From Eledone cirrhosa (Eukaryota): 64,000 nt of DNA. Where the stretch lies: contig OZ024744.1 in the NCBI GenBank assembly GCA_964016885.1, forward strand, positions 122,636,001-122,700,000. The letters are read 5' to 3'. Numbering within the stretch: the first letter of the stretch is position 1; each line of letters starts with the position of its first letter. Below are positions 25,753-38,167 of this stretch, one piece after another. Below the pieces are notes generated by a model that ran no database searches, had not been told where the DNA came from, and saw only the letters and a list, made by a program, of their open reading frames with translations. Made by a program: the position numbers and the translations under genes.

Positions 25753-28700
25753 CGGCCGAGGATGGCTAACATAACCCCCCCCGCTCCCACCCTCCAAACG
25801 CAATCCAAAACTTCAGAGTTGGTACCATGAATGTAGGCACCTTAAAGGGTCGCTCGAACGAGGTTGTAGAAATGCTTGAACGTAAGGAGGTCGATGTTTG
25901 TTGTATTCAAGAGACCAGGTGGAGGGGAGGGTCTGCTAGATTCATCGTGGGTAAAGAACGATGCTATAAGCTTTTCTGGGTGGGAAATGACAATGGGCTG
26001 GGTGGAGTAGGAATCATGGTAGCAGAAAAGTGGGCAGATAAGATAATAGACGTAAATAGAGTGAACGACAGAATAATTAAAATAAGACTTGTCCTCAATA
26101 GAACTACGGTGACAGTAATATCTGCATACGCACCCCAATCCGGACTGCCCGGCGCTATAAAAGACAGATTATATGAGACACTGATGCTCACTACTTCCCA
26201 AATAACCGACAGTGACTATATAATTATTGCAGGCGACCTAAATGGTCACGTTGGACAACATTGTGACGGCTATGATGGAATCCATGGAGGCTATGGGTTC
26301 GGTACTAGAAATGAGGAAGGCTCCAGAATCCTGGAATTCTGTGACGCAAATAACCTAACTATCTGTAACACTAACTTCAAAAAACGAGACAATCACTTGA
26401 TCACCTATAGATCGGGGGAACACACAAGCCAGGTAGATTATATCCTTACCAGAAGACGTGACAGAGTGTCTGTTGTTAACACTAAATCCCTCCCCCATGA
26501 AGAATGCACCTCCCAACATAGACTGATAATTAGCGACCTCATAGTCAGGACGAGACGTACTAGACAGCAGAAGAGGACTATCCTCAGGAGAAAAATATGG
26601 AAGCTAAAGGACCCCATAGCCAGAAATAAATGTCAAAGCATATTACTTGATGCTTTTGACAGTAAGGAAGAGCAATTAGAGTCGTATAATATAGAGGAAC
26701 AGTGGGAATTCCTGAAAGCAAACCTGCTGACGGCGGCAGACGAAGTCTGTGGCTGGAGCAGGCCTGTAGGTAGGAGGAGAGTAACATGGTGGTGGAACAG
26801 TAAGGTGGAGGAGTCAATTAAGGCCAAAAAGCAGGCTTGGAAAGTATGGCGGGATGGGGGAAGTAGAGAAGACTATCAAGTGGCCAGGAGGGAAGCTAGG
26901 AGACATGTGTACTTCGCAAGAAGGGAAGCAGAGGAAAGAAAGTTCAAGCATGTTCTACAACATGAGGACCAAAAACGTGAGGTGTTCAGGATTGCCAGGC
27001 AATGTGTCAAGGAAAACCGTGATATTGTCGGGGAGAAGTGTGTACTTAATGATGATGGCATACTTGCCATCACTGACGCTGATAAGAAGGTAGCTTGGAA
27101 GTGTCACTACGAAAGGCTTCTAAATGAGGAGAATAAATGGGAGAAAGACAGTCTCTCCCACATCGACCCAATAGAGGGACCAGCAGTGTTAGTCGAGGGG
27201 AGTATAATAAGTAAGGCAATCAAAGATATGAAGACGGGTAAGACGGCTGGGCCTTCAGAAATAGTTGCTGAGATGCTGAGGGCATCTGGCACGGTGGGAC
27301 ACACCATGGTCACCCGCATAGTTAACCAAGTCGTACAGAATGGGGTTGTTCCGAAGGACTGGCGTAGCAGCATCATCGTTAACTGTTACAAGGGTAAAGA
27401 AGATGCCCTAGATAGGTGTAACTATAGAGGCATTAAATTAATCGACCAGGTCATGAAGGTCACGGAAAAAGTAATAGCGCAACTAATCAGAGAGAGAATT
27501 GATCTAGATGAAATGCAGTTCGGGTTTGTGTCAGGCAAAAGTACCACAGACGCTCTTTTCATTGTACGACAACTACAGGAGAAGTACCTAGCTAAAAGTA
27601 AACCCCTATACTTAGCTTTTGTCGACTTGGAGAAAGCCTTCGACAGAGTCCCCCGTTCCATTATCTGGTGGGCTCTTAGAAAACTAGGTGTTGATGAATG
27701 GCTTGTGAGAGCTATACAAGCCATGTATAAAGAAACAGTCAGCAAGGTTAGAATTAACAACGAATATAGTGAAGAGTTTAGCGTAAAAGTTGGTGTCCAT
27801 CAGGGCTCTGTTCTTAGCCCCCTACTATTTATTATTGCCCTTCAGGCTATAACAGAGGAGTTCAAGACCGGCTGCCCATGGGAACTCCTATACGCAGATG
27901 ATCTAACGCTCATAGCTGAATCAATGACCGAGCTAGAGAAGAAATTCCAAACATGGAAGCACGGCCTAGAATCAAAAGGCCTTAAAATTAACCTGGCTAA
28001 GACTAAAGTTCTAGTTTGTAGGAAAGAAAATAAGGCGGCGGTCCCTTCCGGGAAATGGCCATGCTCAGTGTGTAGGAAAGGCGTAGGTAGAAACTCCATT
28101 TTATGTCCCAAATGCAAAGTATGGGTGCATAAAAGATGTAGTGGGATCACAGGTAAGCTAACTAAGAATATAGATTTTACATGTGGCCGGTGCTCTGGTG
28201 CAATAAGTTGCAGGAAGTGTCCACAAAATAGCTCTTTCAATTGCGCAGAGGGCTCTATAGAAATAGTGGACAGCTTCCGTTACCTGGGTGACAAAATCAG
28301 CAGTGGGGGAGGGTGCTCTGAAAGTACAGTAGCTAGAGTCAGAACTGGATGGAAAAAGTTCAGAGAGCTTTTACCACTATTAGCCACTAAAGGGTTCTCC
28401 CTAAAAATGAAAGGCAGGTTATATGATGCCTGCATACGAACAGCAATGCTGCATGGCAGTGAGACCTGGGCATTGTGTGCAGAGGATATACGCAGACTAG
28501 AGAGGAACGAAGCTTGCATGCTCCGCTGGATGTGTAACAGTAATATACGTGAACGGCTAAGCATAAACGAACTAAGGAAAAAATTAGAAATAAGAGGGAT
28601 CAGATGTTGTTTACTCGAGAGAAGGCTACGTTGGTATGGACACGTGATGCGCATGAAAGACGACAGCTGTATAACAAAGTGCAGGGCAATAAAGATAGAC

Positions 28701-29224
28701 GGTAGCCACGGAGTAGGCAGACCCAGAAAAACCTGGGACGACATGATAAATTCCGACCTCACACGCTTACACCTCTCCAAGACAATGTCACTGGACCGAG
28801 ACATTTGGCGCTACACAGTAATAGAGAAGACCCGCCTTACCTAAATACAAAGTAAAACCTACTACAGTCAGTAGGCATCTCTATCAAAACACACCCCCGT
28901 CCCACCACCCCCACCCAACCCATACCGCCCCTTTCAATGTAAAGTTATGTTGGTGCCACAACATCCAGGCCGAAACAAATGAGGTCGTGTAGGTTATCAC
29001 GACAAAAAAAACAGTCCACGCTGTAATGTGGCCGTGTAGGCAACACGGTAAAAACCTCCCAGCCCCACACTGTAAATGTGGTTGGTGTTAGGAAGGGCAT
29101 CCAACTGTAGAAAACCCGCCAGACAGTCCTATGCAAGCAAGACAACCACTCTTGCCTCAAGTGGGAAAACCCTCGTCCAAACCCATGCAAGTGTGGAACA
29201 TGGACGTTAAACGTTGATGATGAT
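25753..29224 (+). mobile_element. RTE-clade LINE with an intact ORF
   Basis: Starts after (TA)n, has one uninterrupted ORF and a 3' UTR of about 380 nt ending ggacgttaaacgt(tga)n. No clear TSD. Confidence 0.95.
25827..28844 (+). CDS. LINE polyprotein: APE endonuclease, reverse transcriptase and PHD-like finger (1005 aa)
   Basis: APE motifs CCIQET, SAYAP, GDLNGH, VDYIL and SQHRL; RT motifs FVDLEKAFD, GVHQGSVLSP and YADD; C4HC3 motif CSVC..CPKC..HKRC..CGRC. Confidence 0.96.
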   Translation: MNVGTLKGRSNEVVEMLERKEVDVCCIQETRWRGGSARFIVGKERCYKLFWVGNDNGLGGVGIMVAEKWADKIIDVNRVNDRIIKIRLVLNRTTVTVISAYAPQSGLPGAIKDRLYETLMLTTSQITDSDYIIIAGDLNGHVGQHCDGYDGIHGGYGFGTRNEEGSRILEFCDANNLTICNTNFKKRDNHLITYRSGEHTSQVDYILTRRRDRVSVVNTKSLPHEECTSQHRLIISDLIVRTRRTRQQKRTILRRKIWKLKDPIARNKCQSILLDAFDSKEEQLESYNIEEQWEFLKANLLTAADEVCGWSRPVGRRRVTWWWNSKVEESIKAKKQAWKVWRDGGSREDYQVARREARRHVYFARREAEERKFKHVLQHEDQKREVFRIARQCVKENRDIVGEKCVLNDDGILAITDADKKVAWKCHYERLLNEENKWEKDSLSHIDPIEGPAVLVEGSIISKAIKDMKTGKTAGPSEIVAEMLRASGTVGHTMVTRIVNQVVQNGVVPKDWRSSIIVNCYKGKEDALDRCNYRGIKLIDQVMKVTEKVIAQLIRERIDLDEMQFGFVSGKSTTDALFIVRQLQEKYLAKSKPLYLAFVDLEKAFDRVPRSIIWWALRKLGVDEWLVRAIQAMYKETVSKVRINNEYSEEFSVKVGVHQGSVLSPLLFIIALQAITEEFKTGCPWELLYADDLTLIAESMTELEKKFQTWKHGLESKGLKINLAKTKVLVCRKENKAAVPSGKWPCSVCRKGVGRNSILCPKCKVWVHKRCSGITGKLTKNIDFTCGRCSGAISCRKCPQNSSFNCAEGSIEIVDSFRYLGDKISSGGGCSESTVARVRTGWKKFRELLPLLATKGFSLKMKGRLYDACIRTAMLHGSETWALCAEDIRRLERNEACMLRWMCNSNIRERLSINELRKKLEIRGIRCCLLERRLRWYGHVMRMKDDSCITKCRAIKIDGSHGVGRPRKTWDDMINSDLTRLHLSKTMSLDRDIWRYTVIEKTRLT

Positions 29225-29240
29225 ACACACACACACATAC

Positions 29241-29430
29241 AGGCGGTGGATTGGCAGTAATTGGTAGTGCATAGTCCACGTTTTGTGGCATATAGTTACG
29301 TCCCTTTACGTTCTGGGTTCAAATCATGCCAAGGATAGTCATGCCTTTCCCCCTTACCGAGTTGATAAAATAAATTACCAGTAACACACTGGGATTAATT
29401 TGATCAACTATCTCCCTTCCCCCCCAAATT
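29241..29430 (+). mobile_element. SINE family A copy
   Basis: A-box tggcagtaattgg, B-box gggttcaaatc and the same central block as 30503. Confidence 0.7.
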
Positions 29431-29740
29431 GTTCCTCTATTCTCCCTCCTTTGTCTACATGTTGAACTAGTCCTTATTCTCTTGTTTTACTATTTCTCTC
29501 CTTTAACTAAGCCCTTGTACTCTATATTTGTGTAATTTACCTAAAGACATAACATGTCTCTATCTGTTTTGTTATGTCCCAATGTGAACTGGAATGAATG
29601 GTCTCGACCTTAATATACTGAAACTTTAGTGATTTCCAGAGGTCGACTGAGGAGATGGGACTGTCTGTCTTTCTGCTGTTTTATACCATTGCTTTATTTG
29701 GAATATATATTCTAATGGCTTAGCAATGCGGGCTCTTCTT

Positions 29741-29774
<34 letters not shown>

Positions 29775-29879
29775 CTCTCTCTCTCTATATATATATATAT
29801 AAAAAAAAAATGAGTTATTTGTTTTGTTGTTTATTCAACAAAGTTAATTAATAACAAATTAGAAGCACTCAACAGATTT

Positions 29880-29928
<49 letters not shown>

Positions 29929-30059
29929 GGAGAGAGAGAGGGAGAGAGAGGGGGGAGAGAAAGAGAGAGAGAAATAGTGAGGAGACAGAAAAGAACAAAC
30001 AAGATTAATTACAGTAAAATTGAACAGGAGGCTAGCATATGTTGTCTATAATGGTTTTT

Positions 30060-30243
30060 GATTTAGGCACAAGACCAGCCTATTTTAAGGGAGGGTAAAG
30101 TCGATTAAAATCATCCCCAGTGCATTACTGGTACTTTATTTATTGACCCTGTAAGGATGAAAGGCAAAGATAACTTTGGCCGGATTTGAACTCGGGATGC
30201 AAAGGGGCGTAACTCTGTCACAAAGTCCACCGTTTTACCAATA
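30060..30243 (-). mobile_element. SINE family A copy
   Basis: Reverse complement of family A. Further partial copies at about 11460-11600 (+), 12150-12232 (+), 17683-17760 (-), 48620-48720 (-), 50170-50365 (+), 58785-58950 (-) and 62470-62515 (-). Confidence 0.7.
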
Positions 30244-30502
30244 CTTTAGATAAAATAAATAGTTTTTCACCCTAATCCTAAAATCATCCTCACCATTTTC
30301 TGGTTCTATCAAATAAAACCACCCATTTTAAAGAGTTGCTATTAAACCCTTTAGTTACCAACCCAGCTCTGGTTCTATTAAATAATTTGAAAGAGTTCCT
30401 ATTTAAATTAAAATCTTTCAACAATTTTATATAAGAACCTTACATTAAGTTACTGTCTTAGTAATGAAATAATTAATAAATTCTTCATTAATTAATTAAT
30501 TA

Positions 30503-30693
30503 AGGGCGGTGGATTGGCAGTTTCGGTAGAGGGTCGGACGGCATGCTTTGACACAGAGTTACGGCCCTTGCCATTCTGAGTTCAAATCCAGCTAAGGTTA
30601 ACTTTGCCTTTCATCCTTACGGGGTCGATAAAATAAAGTACCAGTAATGTACTGGGGAATTGCTGGCCTTGTGCCAAAAGTAGAAACAATATC
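30503..30693 (+). mobile_element. Full-length tRNA-derived SINE (family A)
   Basis: A-box tggcagtttcgg, B-box gagttcaaatcc, and central block gcctttcatccttacggggtcgataaaataaagtaccag, which from memory resembles the Meta-SINE domain. Confidence 0.8.
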
Positions 30694-31004
30694 TTTACAT
30701 CTGCCATATGTATCTGTGTTTTTAATAATTAGAAGGAAAACACTGAGAAAGGAAGCCATGATGGTAGCGGGAGTGATGTGATAGAAGAGACAGATATAGT
30801 AGAGAGAATGATAGAGAAGGGGGGAGAGAGAGAGATAGAGACCGAGAGTGAGTGATAAAGGGGGACAGAAAGATTGTATTAGAGAGATAGGGATATAGAC
30901 AGAGACAGAGGTAGATATATAGAGAGTGGTAGACAGAGAATGAGAGGGATATATACACACACACATACATATCTGTATCTCTACTTAACTGTATATATAT
31001 ACAC

Positions 31005-31075
<71 letters not shown>

Positions 31076-31089
31076 CAGTTAGATAGAGA

Positions 31090-31955
31090 GATAGACAGAA
31101 ACCTTTCTTTATTTGCTACATTTAAGTGCGTAAAAAAAGGTTTAACAGTTATAAAATAATAGTCGGAATCCCCAATAGGGGAGAACGTTACAACCTACAG
31201 GTTTATATACAAAGAAGGCCCATTCACACGGGCCATTTTCACCACATTCACCCACATTTCAGTGAATTTACTTACTCTCTCCACTTCCACTCTCACCTTC
31301 CTTCTGAAGTGGTATTTAAAGAAGGGGATAAGTTGTTGTCCAGAATGAAAGGTGTGTCCTCAGTCCTTTCAACCTCGTCCACCATATTACTTCTTTCGTC
31401 ATAGCCAGAGAGGAAGACCGCCTCTTCTTCGTTCTTAAATGAAGGCAGCGGGTGATCCTCACGATGGACTCGGCTGACAACTGGATGTGTTCCACACGTG
31501 ACAGCAGCTGTTCGACATAATTCCACAGGTCGGTCACCCCTGGGCACTGAACAATTGCGGGCAGAATGGTTCCATGTCCTGCTCGCATCTTGGACAGGTC
31601 CTTTACGCAGGATCCCTGCCAGGGCGTCCATGCCTGTAGATATTGTTTCAAACTGGTAGAGCTTCTCGGTAGCACTACCAGACCAGAGTCCTCTGTAAGT
31701 TAGTCATAGGTCCTGGATGGAAAGTCCTCCCATACAGACTGGCCAGTTCGTCCTCTTTGATGCCTAGAGTCTCCCGAGAACGTTGTCGCACTTATCCTCC
31801 ATAGAATGTTGACGTGGAGTCCCTGCTGACTGCCGTGTCCACCTGACAGAGGACTGTGAGCGCCTGAGTGCGCTGGAGATGCCAGGCACCCATTTTTGGT
31901 CTTCACTTGACCAAGGACTGCAGCTCTGTTAGCGAGACAAGTTGCGGCAATGCTT
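31090..31955 (-). mobile_element. 5'-truncated decayed L1/Tx1 LINE
   Basis: DLWNYVEQLLSRV...EVIWWTRLKGL. Confidence 0.85.
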
Positions 31956-31979
31956 GATACATACTGTGACAGATAGATA

Positions 31980-34900
31980 TCTTTCTTTATTTGCCACATG
32001 GGCATACAAAAATGGGACATTACAAGACGTGACGGCGAGGGTTTTACATAAAAATAACTTTAACATTAATAAATAACAATAAACTATATATAATGAAATA
32101 ACAATTGAAATCCCCAGTAGGGGGGTGAACGTTACTGCAGGGTTGTTTTACACCCCGTGGATAGAACAACCCTCAACACCAGGAACACGTTTTGTAGGTG
32201 TTCCTGTCTTCCCCCTGTTTATCTTCCTCAACCTACAGGTTTATATACAGATAAGGCCCATTCACTCGGGCCATTTTTGCCACATTCACCCACCTTTCAG
32301 CGAATTTACTGGGGTGTAGCACCCCTCCCTCCACTCTCACCTTCCTTCTGAAGTGATGTTTAAAGGGGATAAGTTGTTGTCCGGAGATAAAGGTGTTTGC
32401 CCTCAGTCCTTTTAACCTCGTCCACCATATTACCTCTTTCGCCATAGCCACCAGACAGAGGAACACCGCCTCTCCTTCATTCTTAAATGAAGGCGGCGGA
32501 GTGATCCTCACGATGGACTCGGCTGACAACTGGATGCGTCCCCCACGTGACAGCAGCTGTTCGACATAATTCCACAGGTCACCCCTGGGCACTGAACAAT
32601 TGCGATGTCCTGCTCGCATCTTGGACAGGTACTTTTGGCAGGATCTCTGCCAGGGCGTCCGTGCCTGTAGATTTTGTCTCGAACTGGTAGAGCTCCTTGG
32701 TAACACTGCCAGGCCAGAGATCTCTGGAAGTTATCCATAGGCTCTGGACAGAAAGTCCTCCCGAACAGACTAGTCAGTTCGTCCTCCTCGATGCCTAGAG
32801 TCCCCCCCCCCCCCCCCCCCCCCCCGAGATCGTCGTCGCACTTATCCTCCACTAATCCCCTATAGATTGTCGAAGTGGAGTCTCCGCTGATTGCCGTTTC
32901 CACTTGGTAGAGGGCTGTGAGCGCCTGTAGGCACTCGAGGTACCAGGAACCCATTTTTGGTCTTCGCTTGACTCAGGACTGCAGCTCTGTTAGTGAGACG
33001 AGTTGTGGAAGAGCTTGTCTCACAAAGGACAGCCACACCGGTTAGCCGGTCAGGAATACCTGGAGATGGCGTAGCCTCAGCTACGGCGTGCCCAGCCCTC
33101 CGTTAGAAGGGTGTTGACAGCAGATGGATCTCCTCACCAATGGAGCCTGTTTCTTCCAGAGGAACTTGAAGAGTAGGCGTTCCATTTTGGTAAGGTATTC
33201 GCGGGGGCAAGGCACGACTGTCAAGCGGTAGTAGATGACGGACGCTATGTAAGTGTTCGCCACCTCCGCTCGACCTTTCAAGGAGAGTTTGCACTCAGCC
33301 CACTTCTGGGTGAGTGCAAACACCTTGGCCGTGACCTCGTTCCAGTTCTTGTCCACCTGGAGGTCTGGACCGAACCAGACCTCGAGCAATTTCACCGGTC
33401 CTTCCGTCCAGCGTCCAACGACACTGTCGGAAGGCATGAGTTTGCCTCTCCATGTGCCGAGTTGCAAACCGACAGACTTGTTTGGGTTTAATCTTGCTCC
33501 TGTCAACGTTTCATATTCCTGTAATAGGTTGCCGATTACCCTGATTTCCGAGGTTTTCAACACCATTACGGTGATGTCGTCGGCATTGGCCAACACTGCT
33601 TTCCGCAGTCCTGGTTCGATCGGGATGCCCTGCAATAGCTCCAATTTCCGCAGTAACAGCTCAAGAGTCAATACATACAGATTGGAGGAGAGAGGGCACC
33701 CCTGACGGATGGAACGCATGATTTGGAATGTCTCTGATAGGTAACCATTCACCTTGACTGCCGAGCAGATACTGGTGTGCATGGCAGCGATCCAGCCTCT
33801 GAAGACGGGACCGAAGCCGGCCACCTTGAGAACTGCTTCCAAGTATTGATGGTTGCCCATATCAAATGCCTTAGACTGATCTAAATTGATCAGAGCCCCA
33901 CCAAAGCCAGGTTTACACCCTACCCTCTCTATGATGTATCGCATGAGGTGGAGGTTGTCGTGTATGGACCTGGTTGGGATTGCACACGTTTGGGCTTCCC
34001 CTACCAAGTTATCGACGACAAGCGCCAGCCTTGCTGCTAACACCTTGGCCAAAATCTTTAACTCTGTGTTGAGCAGAGTTATGGGCCTGAAATTGCTTAT
34101 CTCAGCCCCCTTGTTCTCATCTTTCCTGACCCTCTGCCTACAGAACTGGGAATCCTCCCGTTCTACTGCTAGTTGGAGTAGACCGCTTCGAGGATGCCAG
34201 AGAACAAGTCTGCCATTCCTATGTAAAACTCAGAGGGTAGACCATCTAAACCGGGTGATTTGCGTTTCCCGCAGCAGCCTAGGGCATCTTCTATTTCGCC
34301 CGCTGTGATCGACTTCTGGCAACTCTCCGCATCCGTGCTCGAGAGTCGCGGTACGCCGTCGAGGTAAGAGCTGAAGTCCATCACCTCGCTCGATGTACCG
34401 CTTTGTCTGAACAGTTGTGTAAAATGCTGCTGGAAGGCCGCGCACATCTGCTTGGATTCAAGTATAATACGTCCATCTTTGTCTTGCAAAGACCGAATTG
34501 TGGATTTGTTGCCACTTTTCGCCTCTGCCACTCGGGCCCAGCTAACAGCTTTGGCTCCCTCATTTCTTAGAGCACGTGTTCTACTTCTGACAATACAACC
34601 TTCATGTTTCACATTGAAGAACTGGCCTAGTGCCGTTCTCACCGCTAGCACGTCAGCTGTACTGCCATTCCTAAATGCCTCTTCTATTTTAGCTACCAGT
34701 TCCTTTTCAGTTTTGTTTTTTTCTAAAGCAACTTCCTTGCTAAATGCTATCGATTTTATTCTAATTGCTCTCTGTTGTTGACGATCGCCCCCGTCAACTG
34801 GCACTTAACTAAGGTGCTAATCCGTTTACTGTAGGCCTTACGCGCCGGGAGCGACATCTTTAGCTTCCAGTATCCAGGTCCCTGTTTATGTGTTCTATCA

Positions 34901-37652
34901 AGGTTGACTGCGCAGGTGACTAATTTGTGGTCTGAATAGGCAACCATGTACATTTGTGGACAGCTTAATGTTTCCTTATCATTGTGTCTAATTAAAAATC
35001 TATCTAAATACGATCTAGAAGACCCAGTGCGGATGCTCCACGTCCACAGTGGTGCACTTGGGAAGTTTAGTCGATATCTATCAGCCAGTTGGAAATTGGT
35101 TGATGAGATTTTTTAGGCTATTTCACCCCTCTCTATTATCATAAGCTCCTACATAGTCCCAACGTGCGTCTAAGATGCCATTCCAGTCCCCTGCTAACAC
35201 TAAGGAGCGAGACGTTCCCAGGAATGGCTCCAGACGCTTGAAGAACTCTGGTCGCGATGTCCCAGTCTGAAAGCTCCACCTTCACTACTATTGACGTCCA
35301 GGACCACCAGGCTGCCTTCCGGGTCCAAGTGAATCGTCTGTATTTTGAGATCCAAGTTTTTTTGAAACAGAACAGCAACTCCCCCTCCACCTCCAGGCTG
35401 ACAGAGAGATGCGTAGATCTCAAAATCATCGAACATGGAGGTTAGCTGCTGCTTGTCGTGAATCCTGGACTCGGTGATGGCTATCACATCTATACAATGT
35501 GACCTGAGATCATTTAAAAGCTGGCCCTGTTTCCAGGACATGCCCAGGCCACGTACATTCAAACACCCAGCTTGTATAGTCGCCATGATGGTGAAGAAGA
35601 GTTAAGGAGAGAAAAGGCAGGAACACTTACCTTTTGGGTTCCTGGAGGTCGGGTTGTTTGATCTCCATGTCCAGATTGATGTGTTTGGGGAGGGAGGGAA
35701 TCCTTTTAGCAGGACACGGTTAAGGGGCTTTTGGCAAGGGGGGGGGGGCACATCATGTGGGAAGTTCTCTTTTAAAGTTTCATACTGTAGGGTTGTTACC
35801 CTGATAAGTTTAAGGTTTGGGGGTGGGTCGTTCGTGGGGAAGGTTTTCCCTTCCGTTTGTATTGTGGGGTCCTTTCGGACAGTTTCCACCAGTTCTTTGT
35901 TTCTTGTTTTTATGTATGTGTAGTGTGTTTTGTTTTTTATGTGTACTGTTTCTGTTTGTAATTTTCTTTTTGTGGTTGGGGTTTGTGATTGCGGGGGTGT
36001 GGGTGTTTGTTTTGTTGAAGTGTTTGGTTGTGTTGGTGATGATTGTGTTGTTGATGTGTTTGTCGTTTGTGGCGTTGTGTTTATGGTGGGGTTAGGTGTG
36101 TGCGTGTTTTCTGTAAATGTTTGTGCGTCTTTTTTGTGGTTCCTCTTCATTCTCACTTGGAGATGTAGAGGTTCCCGTATCTGAGACTTCTGAATCAGGG
36201 GGAGATGGGAGGGGTATGTTGTGTGGTGGAGTGTTTGTGGAAGTATTTGACAGGGAGGGAAGAGGCAATGGAGGGTTTTTCAGTGGGATTTTGTGTGTGT
36301 GGTTGTCTCTGGTCTGTGGTGGTGTGGGAGTGGATGTTGCAGGTGTTTGTGTTGTGTTTGGTTTGGAGTGTTGATGCTGGGGTTTTGGTGTTGGTAATAA
36401 CACCTTGTTTGTCCTCGGTTTGTTTAAGAGAGGGCAAAAGGCCTTTAAGTGTGTGATTTTCCCACACTTATGGCACTGAGGTCTTTTCCCCTCCACTAAA
36501 ATGGAGATGACATCTTCCTCAAGGACGATCCTCTCCAGTATTTTCTCAACTCCCTCTGGCCTCATTTGTACCAGAACCTCGATGGTTCCAAACCAGTTAT
36601 ACCGGTCTGTCCTGTCTACAGATAGGAGGGTGTCCTCATCCTTCTTCAGGATGCAGCGTAGGATCCACCATATGTTTACCTCTGCTGGGATCCTGGTTAT
36701 TTTTATTTTGTAGGATCTTCTTCCCATGTATGTGGGGAAGAAGATGTGTTGATCCGTTTTTATTAGGTGAACCTAGTGTTTTTGTGCCAGAGTTTCGCTC
36801 TTAAAGAGCATTGACACATTTCCATACTGTTTAGCTCTTTGGAGGTATGCCACGTCTGGCTTGATGTCTTTTAGTGCAGCTTCGATAGTGTTTGTTGGGA
36901 GCGTTATGGGTTTTTTGGTAGTGATGTCAACTGTTCTACAAATTAGCTTCTTTTTCTGTGTCATTTCTCTTACTTGTATGTGTATGTGTGGAGTGTCTCC
37001 CTCAAACGTCACATAGTTGGGAGCTTCTTCCAAATATTGGGACTTTTTGGAAATGTCCATGGAGTAGTATTTAAAATCCTGTTGCTTAGCAAGTGTTGCT
37101 GCAAATGAAATTTTATTGTTGTCGGTGGTGATGATGGTCTCATTTGTTGTGTTGCCACTGATTCCTTTTGTTGTGTTGTTGTTCTCATTTATTGTGTTGT
37201 GGTGGTATATTTGCTACACATACTTCCTTCTGTGTGTGGGTACATGTGACGTTTGTGACGTCAGGCGCGTTCAGTTGCTTACAAGCAGCTGAAGCTTGTT
37301 CCTCTTCTAAATGTTGAGGTGATAATGTTGGTATTCCTTTGTCCATGTCTGGTACTACCTGCTGGTCAAGTAGGCATGGCTTTCCCTTCCCATCTTGTTT
37401 TGACGAAGAAGTAGGTGCCTTTGCTTCAGCCATTTAAAAAAAATTGAAGTGTTTTTTTTTTTCAAAAATATTTTGGATGCTTTTGCCCTGAGGGGCACAA
37501 TGTTTTGGGAGACTGACCAGATCAAAATTTGACCTGTCAGTCCCTCAATAAATTGGTATAAAAATAAAAGTTCACAATGACGAATTTCTAAAGAAATTTA
37601 GACAAAACTTACCGAGGAAGTTTAACACGTGTGTCCATCCCAGATAGGGATA
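31980..37652 (-). mobile_element. Full-length decayed L1/Tx1-clade LINE (ORF1 + ORF2) with TSD
   Basis: ORF1 fragments with the zinc knuckle CHKCGKITHLKAFC. ORF2 from 35586: LNVRGL, SDHKLV, KSPGLDG, DQSKAFD, RQGCPLS, NADD, GGLG. Flanked by gatacatactgtgacagatagata (31956-31979) and gatatatactgtgacaaatagata (37653-37676). Confidence 0.93.
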
Positions 37653-37966
37653 GATATATACTGTGACAAATAGATAGAGAGACAGGCTTTAGAATAAGTG
37701 AAAAAGAAAGCACAAGAAAATGAAACAAAGTGAAAGAGGCGGGTTGAGTGGCGGTGGTTTAGAGAGTGAATGGGGAAAAAACTAAAATAATATATAAAAA
37801 ACAAAAGAAAAAAAAGGAATTTATATACTTTTAAGCGATGTTTCGTCGGTCTATGAAAGGTAAAATTATACCACCCACAGAAAAACGGGAGGCATTTTTG
37901 CAATAAGCTCCCCCCCACCCCCCCCCCCACCAAATATATGGGTGTGTGAGTGTGTGTGTATATATA

Positions 37967-38036
<70 letters not shown>

Positions 38037-38113
38037 GGAAAAAATGACACAAAATTTCATTTCTCACTCTTAGTACGGCTGTTACTTAAATATATATGTA
38101 TGTACGTATACAT

Positions 38114-38167
<54 letters not shown>

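Noticed and set aside
25842-28804. Antisense ORFs over the LINE ORF (similarly over the other LINEs)
   Set aside because: Shadow frames of the coding strand with no motifs.
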